Virus record (IMG/VR): IMGVR_UViG_3300021431_000009
Direction: 5' to 3' (one strand)
Source: an uncultured virus (IMG/VR IMGVR_UViG_3300021431_000009)
Taxonomy: Duplodnaviria > Heunggongvirae > Uroviricota > Caudoviricetes
DNA length: 64,000 nucleotides
The position numbers were made by a program, and so were the translations under genes. The notes under the pieces are model-generated. The model was not told where the DNA came from. It did not search any database and saw nothing but the letters and a program-made list of their open reading frames with translations. Below are positions 56,353 to 64,000 of this stretch, one piece after another (position 1 is the stretch's first letter; each line of letters begins with the position of its first letter).

Positions 56353-57588
56353 ATGGACGTAATTGAATTAGTGGTTTTGCTTTCCTTAGAGCAACCAAAA
56401 GAATTTGTTTTCCCCGATGACTTGCCAGAGTACCCCGATGCTGTTGGGGAACTTTCTGACGAATATAATCTCCCTTGGCTTTATGCACTATCTAAGAAAG
56501 GTACTATACGCACGTATCGTATCGAGGTGAAGCTCCACAAGGATAAGGCCGTTCTCACCACCTATAAGAGAGTAACTGATACAGGTGTATGGCAGTCTGA
56601 TTCCTATGAGTACACAGAAGGTGTTAATATTGGCAAGGCTAATGAGACCACTTTTTCTGAGCAGGCAATCAATGAGGCCAACTCAATGTATAAGCGGTTA
56701 CTCGATGCAGGATATTCAACCACAAAACCGAAAGCGGGCGAGAAGTTCAATACGGATGCCAATGGCTCCATGAAACCTATGCTCGCTATATCTTTCAACG
56801 AGAAGAAGATAAAGTTCCCATGTATTGTCCAGCCCAAGTACGATGGTGTCCGATGCCTTACTTTTGATAAGGACGAAGAGATACAAATTATCTCCCGAAA
56901 GGGCAAGCCGTACAATATTCCCCACTTAAAGGAATGGGCCGAACAACACAGGGAACTTCTTCCTCTCGATGGAGAGCTCTACAATCACAAGGAACTTACA
57001 TTCCAAGAGATTGTGTCAGCGGTGAAGAAGCAGAGTGAAATCACTCCAAAGATTCGCTATGTGGTATATGACAGGCCCGTAGCGGATATTACCAATGATA
57101 AGAGGTGGGCGTGGTTGCTTGAACAATTCGGTAAACAAAAGGAAAAAGACCGTTTGGCAGGTGTCACCTCTCCAGTCTATCTTTCAGACTCCACTATTTG
57201 TTATGACATGGAAGGTTTATGGAAGTACCATGATGAATGTGTGAAGAAAGGGTATGAGGGTGCAATCATTCGTAATGAAGATGGTCTATATGAATTTGGC
57301 TTCCGTAGTAACAATCTTATTAAGCTAAAAACATTCAAGGATTCCGAGTATGAAATCATTGATGTGATTGAGGCTACAGGTCGTGATGCTGGCACTGCAA
57401 TTTTTGTTTGCAAATGCGACGCAGGAGAATTTAATGTGAAACCACAAGGCACAAGAGAAGTACGTGCTGACTATTTTAAGAATCGAACCAAGCTGATAGG
57501 TAAAATGGTGACGGTGCAGTACCAGGAACTCTCTGATGATGGCATCCCACGTTTCCCATCGGCAATAGCAGTTAGAGACTATGAATAA
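56353..57588 (+). CDS. ATP-dependent DNA ligase
   Basis: KPMLA, QPKYDGVRC, LDGELY, EGAIIR, LIKLK, PRFP. Confidence 0.95.
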   Translation: MDVIELVVLLSLEQPKEFVFPDDLPEYPDAVGELSDEYNLPWLYALSKKGTIRTYRIEVKLHKDKAVLTTYKRVTDTGVWQSDSYEYTEGVNIGKANETTFSEQAINEANSMYKRLLDAGYSTTKPKAGEKFNTDANGSMKPMLAISFNEKKIKFPCIVQPKYDGVRCLTFDKDEEIQIISRKGKPYNIPHLKEWAEQHRELLPLDGELYNHKELTFQEIVSAVKKQSEITPKIRYVVYDRPVADITNDKRWAWLLEQFGKQKEKDRLAGVTSPVYLSDSTICYDMEGLWKYHDECVKKGYEGAIIRNEDGLYEFGFRSNNLIKLKTFKDSEYEIIDVIEATGRDAGTAIFVCKCDAGEFNVKPQGTREVRADYFKNRTKLIGKMVTVQYQELSDDGIPRFPSAIAVRDYE

Positions 57589-58279
57589 AGAAGAGTATCT
57601 CAGAAAAATCGAAGCATTGAATGATGCAATCTCCATTACGGAGAAAGAGAAGCATCGACTAAAGGAGCAATTTATTGAGGAGTGTTGCCCTTACAAAGTG
57701 GGAGACAAGGTACGTATTGTAACAAAGAACTATCGAGGTGATTCCGATGAGGAATTTGGTTATGTCGAGCGTATCAAGGCTTCTGATGATGGACGGTTTA
57801 TTCCAGACTGTGCTGCTTGTAAAAAGGACGGCACACGTCATGCACGTAATAAGGTGTATGTTTCATTTGATTCCGTAATAACTAAAATAATTGACGAAGA
57901 CGATATGAAATTAGAAGATTACTCAACTGAGGCTCTCAGGGAAGAATTAAAGCGCCGTGCTAATCTCGCTCGCGCTAATGCGAGAAAGGATGGCTCCAAC
58001 AAACCAGTCTATGTGACTACTGAGGGCGTTGTGAAGAAAGTGCTTAATGATAAAGGGCCTTTCTCACATAAGAAATGGCTTGTAGAGGTGTCTGAGGAGT
58101 TTGCCGAGGAGAACCAAATACAGCGTGAACTAACCTATGCACTCATGGGTGGTGCTTTCACTAAGGACACTGCACCCAAGGCAGGTGACAAGGTAGTTTT
58201 ACGTTGCCGACTGACAAAGGCACGTCCAAAATTTACTCAGGGACAGGCTCGTATTACTGATATTAATAATGAGGAGTAA
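57581..58279 (+). CDS. Hypothetical protein, possible fusion of two small genes
   Basis: Internal MKLEDYSTEALREELKRR resembles a separate N-terminus. Confidence 0.5.
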   Translation: MNKEEYLRKIEALNDAISITEKEKHRLKEQFIEECCPYKVGDKVRIVTKNYRGDSDEEFGYVERIKASDDGRFIPDCAACKKDGTRHARNKVYVSFDSVITKIIDEDDMKLEDYSTEALREELKRRANLARANARKDGSNKPVYVTTEGVVKKVLNDKGPFSHKKWLVEVSEEFAEENQIQRELTYALMGGAFTKDTAPKAGDKVVLRCRLTKARPKFTQGQARITDINNEE

Positions 58280-59192
58280 TGACTGAGGAACTCAAGAGAT
58301 ACCTTGACGAGCTTAATGAGAAAGAGGCTCGTTTTGGTGGTTACTACAAACGTCCATTGCAGGTTGCCTTACCAGACGGAAGTGAATTGAAAACTTTCGA
58401 GGCGAAGAAAAGGTTTGACTTGCGTCTTATGGATGGGTTTATTGAGAAGCAAGGTCTTGATTCCTTTAAGGAAATGGTCGTACACGAGTTGCTCAGGAAT
58501 CTTGTGGAGGTTCTTGATGAAGCGGGTATAATAGACTTTGAAGCCAAAGCAGGTCTTGACCATATAGAATTTAAATTGTCTTTAAGCGTTTTGAAGAATG
58601 GCAGCGACGAGTCTTTTGAAAGTAGGAGACGTAGTGCGGACGAACTACGGGACTGGCCCCTATGAGATAACGGACGTAAAAGGTCCATTCACTGAGCCGA
58701 GTTTCGTTGACAAGCTGAACAAGGGAAAAGACGCTCCACCGTCACCTCCCTATTTTTGCTATACGTGCAGACTGAAAGGCTCCAACAAGAAAGGAGAATA
58801 CTATCTCAATGGCTACGATGGTACTACACACAAAAATGTGTGGCGCGACGATAGAATAATAACCCAAGAGGAAGATCAACTTCCCTTATTAATTATATTA
58901 ATGTAATGGATATACGAATTAAAGAAGCATTGTACCTAAAGAACCTTGGCACCCAATATGTTGTTCGTGCAGGAACTATTGGAGTCGAGAAGAAAAAGGT
59001 TGTGTACTTCTATGACAATACAAGAACTTGTGCAGTGGGTTTTCCAAGGGATTTTTGCTTGGAGAATCCAATGTTCGCAGTAACACGTACTATTACTGAC
59101 AGGGAGGTATCGCTAAAGGATGTAATATCTATTGTCGATGAATTGTCCGACCCCGAATTACGTGAAATTCTAACAGATAAAATAAAAGCATT

Positions 59193-59864
59193 ATGATTGA
59201 CAAAAAGAAAACTGATGTTTATCTTGGCTTGCAGGTGCGTGACTACCTTGTTGAAAAAGGTGTTGAGACCCCTATGAAGCCAACAAAGGAAACTTTGCTC
59301 CAAGACCAGAAACGTATGATTGAGGATGCAGTAGCTATTATTATGCAGACTCTTGGTCTTGACCTTGAAGATGATTCATTGAGGGAAACCCCAAAACGTA
59401 TTGCTAAGATGTACGTGGAGGAAATCTTTGCGGGCCTTGACTATTCTAATTTCCCGAAGATTACTACCATAGAGAATAAGATGAAGTACTCTACATTCTT
59501 GCTTGAGCGTAATATTGCAGTGAAGAGTGTATGTGAGCACCACTTTGTTGCTTTTATGGGAGTAGCATACGTTGCCTATATTCCGGGTAATAAGGTAATA
59601 GGTCTCAGCAAGATTAATCGTATCGTGGAGTTTTTCTCCCGCCGTCCACAGGTACAGGAGCGTCTGACAGAACAGATTTTCCACACGCTTTGCTTTGTAC
59701 TTGAGACTGACAATGTAGCAGTTGTTATGAAAGCGGAGCACTTCTGCGTGAAACTGCGTGGAGTGGAAGATGTCAACTCAGACACTATTACTGCTAAACT
59801 TGGAGGAGCGTTCTATGAGAAAGCCGACCTGCGTAACGAGTTCTACCAAACTATCAAGTTATGA
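59193..59864 (+). CDS. folE: GTP cyclohydrolase I
   Basis: ETPKRIAKMY, SVCEHH, GLSKINRIV, RRPQVQERLT, HFCVKLRGV. Confidence 0.95.
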   Translation: MIDKKKTDVYLGLQVRDYLVEKGVETPMKPTKETLLQDQKRMIEDAVAIIMQTLGLDLEDDSLRETPKRIAKMYVEEIFAGLDYSNFPKITTIENKMKYSTFLLERNIAVKSVCEHHFVAFMGVAYVAYIPGNKVIGLSKINRIVEFFSRRPQVQERLTEQIFHTLCFVLETDNVAVVMKAEHFCVKLRGVEDVNSDTITAKLGGAFYEKADLRNEFYQTIKL

Positions 59865-60460
59865 AGACCATACAGGTAAGTGGCATCATCGTACACGAGG
59901 ATGTTCTCACCACCAAATTCGCCTGCGATTATCAGGTGTGTCACGGAGGATGCTGTTATGTTGAAAATGACAAGGGTATCGTCTATGAAGGGTGTGAAAT
60001 CACAGATGAGGAAGAAATCCTTATCGAAGAAAATAGGCCCTTATTGGTGGAGATTCTTACTCAGGACAACAGGGAAATCCCCAAGAAACTCACGTACAAA
60101 AAGGACGGAGTAAAGTACATCCATTGTGATAAGAAAGGTCGTTGTTGCCTGCATTTGTCTAATGGGTGTGCTTTGAGGGTTGCCCAACGTAAGGGACTGC
60201 TTGATTATGGAAATCCAATAGCGTGCGACCTTTATCCTCTTGTAGTTACCAAGATAGGAAGAACACACTTGCGTGTGGGCCACTACTACGATGAATTTCA
60301 CTTGTGCGATTCTGCTATTGAAAGGGGAAAGCGTGAGGGAATCTACCTTATTGATTTCTGCAAGGATGCCTTGATTAGACAATTTGGAGAATCATTCTTC
60401 AATAAACTAAAGAAACGTGCTGACGATTATAATGCTTCTCTTGAGGGAGAAAAGATTTGA
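59861..60460 (+). CDS. DUF3109-like Cys-cluster protein (Bacteroidetes type)
   Basis: FACDYQVCHGGCC, PIACDLYP, C..A...G, FCKDALIRQFG. Confidence 0.75.
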   Translation: MKTIQVSGIIVHEDVLTTKFACDYQVCHGGCCYVENDKGIVYEGCEITDEEEILIEENRPLLVEILTQDNREIPKKLTYKKDGVKYIHCDKKGRCCLHLSNGCALRVAQRKGLLDYGNPIACDLYPLVVTKIGRTHLRVGHYYDEFHLCDSAIERGKREGIYLIDFCKDALIRQFGESFFNKLKKRADDYNASLEGEKI

Positions 60461-60657
60461 TTTCGAGCATGAGGAAATTTCTATCAGAATGGTACAAACA
60501 CCCAGTGGACTTTCTGCGAGGATTTCTCTTAGAGGTGCTGCTGCTTGGGGGTTTAATAACTATGTGGGTGACTTCGATGATACGCTCACTGAGGTCATTC
60601 AGAAAGTGCTAACTTATAACGTAAAAGGGAGGAAAGACCTTCTAAACTATTATGCAA

Positions 60658-60810
60658 ATGGATTTCACTTATTGCAAAGGAAAGGGTTGCGGTTTACGAA
60701 ATAGCTGCACTCGTTATCTCAAGGGTTTCCAAAACCTCGGTAGTGCCAACCAGCATTGGATGGACAACTGCGATGCAGAGTCACGGGAATGTTATATTGA
60801 TGAAAGATGA
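60658..60810 (+). CDS. 50-aa Cys-rich micro-protein
   Basis: MDFTYCKGKGCGLRNSCTRY...C...C; fills the gap before 60807 with an ATGA overlap. Confidence 0.5.
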   Translation: MDFTYCKGKGCGLRNSCTRYLKGFQNLGSANQHWMDNCDAESRECYIDER

Positions 60811-61751
60811 CTATACAGAATTTAGATGGACAACTTATCGCTAATGATAGGGTCTTTGGTGTGGAGTTGCTCGCTGCTTTGGAAGAGCATCGTATTGAGC
60901 GTATAACTGCTGGCACTATCATGGTGGCAAAGTTCAACGACCGAGGTGTTCAGTATTTGTTCGAGGTCAGTTCTGACTTAGACGTTTCCAAGTTGAAAGG
61001 AGCTTCTCTCATGTACCCGCTTCAAGGCTCAAGAGTCCCTCTTCGGAGTCTTCCAGACGGAGTAACTAAGTCAATGATAAATGGCAAGACGGTTTTGCTG
61101 CGTGATTGTCGTTTACCAACAGGACTTGAGTATGATACATATTTAAATTCTTCAGCGGTATGAAACAGGAGCATTGCTTAGAAAAGAATAAGGACATCTA
61201 TGGTTGGAACGCCCTCTATGATGCAACTAAGAGTTCAGTGCTTTTAGCCGGCACAATCTTATTTTGCAATGTAAAGGGCGTAAGGGCCAAAAGAGCCATA
61301 ATGTTTGAACTCGATGAAGACGTTGACCTATTCTCGGATAAGTTGTTGGAAGTTGAAGCATTGCCAGGCTCTGTGATTGCTAACAACCCTGACGAAGATG
61401 GATGGTATGCGGATGACCTCGTAGCAAAGATTTCTCTTGCGTCTTGTAGGTTTCCTACTAAAAAGGAACTTGAAAAGTACGAAAACATGGTAAGCGTATG
61501 ATTATCATTCTATCACTTGGGTTGCAGATTCTGCAATTGGCTGCGGTTATCTTACTTGCAGTTAAATACGTACAGCTTCGTAATCAAAAGGAGAACGAGT
61601 ACTATACAGACTACGTGCATAATAATTTGGTGTTGCGAGTGTATAAGCCCGAATATGAATATCAGGCTGCCGGCAATATCTCTACAAAGTACCTACTCGA
61701 TAGAGGAAGACTATCTCCAATGTATGATTGGGTACTGATAGACAAGCGTGG

Positions 61752-61783
61752 TTTGGAAAATAAAAAGTAAATTGTTATATTTA
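61752..61783 (+). promoter_or_regulatory. Bacteroidota-type promoter (TATATTTA variant)
   Basis: AAGCGTGG-TTTG-N20-TATATTTA. Confidence 0.7.
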
Positions 61784-61818
61784 TGTTAGAATTAAAAATC
61801 CCACAAAACGTAACAGAT

Positions 61819-62124
61819 ATGGTAAGCAAGAGTATTGATGAAATGGCAAAAGCCACCTCACGAGTCTTGGAAGGCTTTCTCTGCGAGTATTGTGAGGTAA
61901 AAGGAATTGAAGAGAAAGAACTGAAGGAGCATCTTGTACTTGGGCATCACCCAGACGGCTCCCTTGATGTGAAAGAAGGAGAAATGGTTCTCTTTAGATG
62001 GTCTGCACTGAAGATTGAAAAAGAGAATGACAAATTCACAGCGGTTGGTAGTTTCTTCCTACTTGAGAAGGAGAGATTCCCAAAAACACTGAAGGCTATT
62101 CAAGAGCTAAAACACAAGAATTAA
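61819..62124 (+). CDS. Hypothetical protein
   Basis: Track ATG 61783 overlaps the -7 element, so in-frame ATG 61819 is preferred. Confidence 0.5.
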   Translation: MVSKSIDEMAKATSRVLEGFLCEYCEVKGIEEKELKEHLVLGHHPDGSLDVKEGEMVLFRWSALKIEKENDKFTAVGSFFLLEKERFPKTLKAIQELKHKN

Positions 62125-62519
62125 TGACGGTGGTTTTCCGAATTACGAGGCAGTCTGAGAAGTTTCGTGTTGACAAGCGTATCTTTTTCATGTATTATGG
62201 ATTAGGGTGTGTCACTGACTTCAAGGACTGTTTCGGTCTTGTATGCGTAGATTGTTTCTTTGAGAGAGCAAAGCGAGCTATTGTAAAAGACCCTGCGGGA
62301 CCCAACAAAAAGATGATAATCAACTATGAGTTCAATAAAAGCCACAACAGAGAAGAGGACTACAGAAATCTTCCATACGTAAAGGTTCTACCTTGTAAGC
62401 TCTCCTTTTTAGAGACTCTACTACTCAGGATAGACTCCATAATATCTTACCTAAGACTTTTTAATGCTCCCGATTAGCGGAGCCAGTTTTCATTATTTAT
62501 TAACTAAATTAAAGGCTTT

Positions 62520-63380
62520 ATGAAAAAGTTACTTTATCTTCTTGCGCTTTTCGGCGTTGCGATGTTCACATCGTGTAGTAACGAACTGAACGAGGATGTG
62601 GCTCCTCCACCGACAAATGAGCAGGCGAAACTTGTCACGTTTACATTCGGGCAGTTTACCCAACAGGCCATAACCCGCGCAAGTTTGTCTGAGGCGCGAA
62701 TGACTGACTTGTGGATGTTTGACTACATCGGTGACGAACTGAAACAGACAATTCACCAATCAAGTAGTGACGAAGGTTTCGGGTCAATCTCCGCTACAAT
62801 GTCTTATGGCAATCACACGTTATACTTTGTCGCTTCTCGTGGAGAGACACCTACGGTAAATACGGAGTTGCATAAGATTACGTGGGATAAACCATTGGAC
62901 ACTTTTTGGGCCACAACTACGATGACGGTGAGTTCTACATCTGGAAGTGCTGAGGCTATTTCTCTCCAGCGTGCCGTAACGAGGTTTAAAATTACCTTGC
63001 TCGATGAAATAACGAGTGAAATGGCTAAGATTTCAGTAACTCCTGCACGGTGGTACTACGGAATTGACTACGTTACAGGTGATGGCACTGATGCAATTGA
63101 TAGTCAACCGAGGACGGCAACTATTCCGTCTAACTATATAGGAACCAGTGGAACTTTGAATTTCTCAATATTTAGCTTCGTTCCTACAAGTGATTGGCAG
63201 ACGGATTTCTCTTGCAATCTTTTGGCTTCTGATGAATCAGTCCTTAGCTCCGTCACTCTTGAAAACGTAAGCCTAAAGAAAAATATCACAACATCTTATT
63301 CAGGCTACATTCTTAGTAGCAAAACTTTTACGCTTACAGTTGACGATACTTGGGGAACCGAGGAAACGTACACATGGTAA
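62520..63380 (+). CDS. Lipoprotein, FimB/Mfa2-like type V pilin
   Basis: Lipobox FTSC, ..ITR.. processing-like site, GNHTLYFVAS, DTFW, LQRAVTR, KKNITTSYSG. Confidence 0.75.
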   Translation: MKKLLYLLALFGVAMFTSCSNELNEDVAPPPTNEQAKLVTFTFGQFTQQAITRASLSEARMTDLWMFDYIGDELKQTIHQSSSDEGFGSISATMSYGNHTLYFVASRGETPTVNTELHKITWDKPLDTFWATTTMTVSSTSGSAEAISLQRAVTRFKITLLDEITSEMAKISVTPARWYYGIDYVTGDGTDAIDSQPRTATIPSNYIGTSGTLNFSIFSFVPTSDWQTDFSCNLLASDESVLSSVTLENVSLKKNITTSYSGYILSSKTFTLTVDDTWGTEETYTW

Positions 63381-63423
63381 GCAATATTGGTAAATAGTAA
63401 TAAACTAAATTAAAGACAAAATT

Positions 63424-64000
63424 ATGAAAAAGATTATTTTTATTCTGATGGCGTTAATCGCCTTCACATCGTGTGAGAAAACCATTCTCGATGACACTGA
63501 AACAACCAGCAGTAGTAAGGGAAAGGCAAAGGGAAATGTTACCCTTATGATTTCTACGTACAACACTCAGGCGTTTACTCGCTCGGCTACTGATGTATCG
63601 GAAGTTGTAACGAGGTTGAATGTGGGAATCTTTGATTCTGAGGGAACTTCCGTGAAGACAGTGGCACAGAAGAAGGGAGACTCTGAATATGGTTCTATGT
63701 CGTTCTCTCTGCCAGCAGGTACATATACGGTTGTTGCAATGGGTCATAACAAGGAGACTTCTGTTGCCGCGAATAGCATGACTGATATTTCATTCAGCGG
63801 AGGCCCTTCTGATGTGTTTCTCTACTATGGCACCATTGATGTGACGGAAGAACCGCAGACGTATAATCTCTCGATGAATCGTGTTGTAGGTATGTTCCGC
63901 CTTACATTGACAGATGAGAGTATTCCAGAGGGTGTAACAAGTCTTGCAGTTTCAATTGCGGGCGGTTCTATTCACTTGAATCCGTCAACAGGTTTCGGTG
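63424..64000 (+). CDS. Second FimB/Mfa2-like type V pilin lipoprotein (3' truncated)
   Basis: MKKIIFILMALIAFTSCEK..AFTRSA..LPAGTYTVVAMGH..DVFLY..MNRVVGMFRL; open to the end of the window, absent from track. Confidence 0.75.
   Translation, partial: MKKIIFILMALIAFTSCEKTILDDTETTSSSKGKAKGNVTLMISTYNTQAFTRSATDVSEVVTRLNVGIFDSEGTSVKTVAQKKGDSEYGSMSFSLPAGTYTVVAMGHNKETSVAANSMTDISFSGGPSDVFLYYGTIDVTEEPQTYNLSMNRVVGMFRLTLTDESIPEGVTSLAVSIAGGSIHLNPSTGFG

Noticed and set aside
1..64000. Stop-codon reassignment (TAG to Gln) as in some gut Bacteroidota phages
   Set aside because: Long genes are intact in the standard code, TAG ends several genes directly before the next start (5355, 12152), and there is no suppressor tRNA

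Overview
A 64 kb slice of a large contractile-tailed (myovirus-type) phage genome that infects Bacteroidota, probably Bacteroidales/Prevotella-like. The host call rests on about 15 promoters matching the Bacteroidota TTTG-N19-21-TAnnTTTG consensus, Bacteroidetes-type lipoproteins and a DUF3109 gene. Every credible gene is on the + strand and uses the standard code. Gene order: scaffold/capsid/neck (1-7.1 kb); lysis cassette; contractile tail and baseplate (8.8-21.7 kb) with a predicted -1 frameshift chaperone; replication/recombination (SF2 helicase, DnaC, DnaB, primase, SSB, PolA, RecA, Cas4-like and Holliday-junction nucleases, ligase); a MoxR AAA/vWA pair; three tRNAs; SpoVS; a dispersed 7-deazaguanine DNA-modification set (QueC-like, TGT/DpdA-like, QueE, FolE); a 1268-aa receptor-binding-like protein next to a tyrosine recombinase; and two type V pilin-like lipoproteins at the end. 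Most notable unexplained signals: (1) a 10-nt leader motif AATCCCACAA in front of three genes, whose exact complement is the loop of a hairpin in a promoter-driven small RNA/tRNA leader; (2) a tRNA/ncRNA/SpoVS/pseudoknot/SD-led basic micro-protein cluster just upstream of queC; (3) tRNAs with altered anticodon arms; (4) two promoter classes; (5) a compositionally distinct receptor-binding cassette beside an arm-less recombinase. All product calls come from motif recognition by eye; no searches were run.
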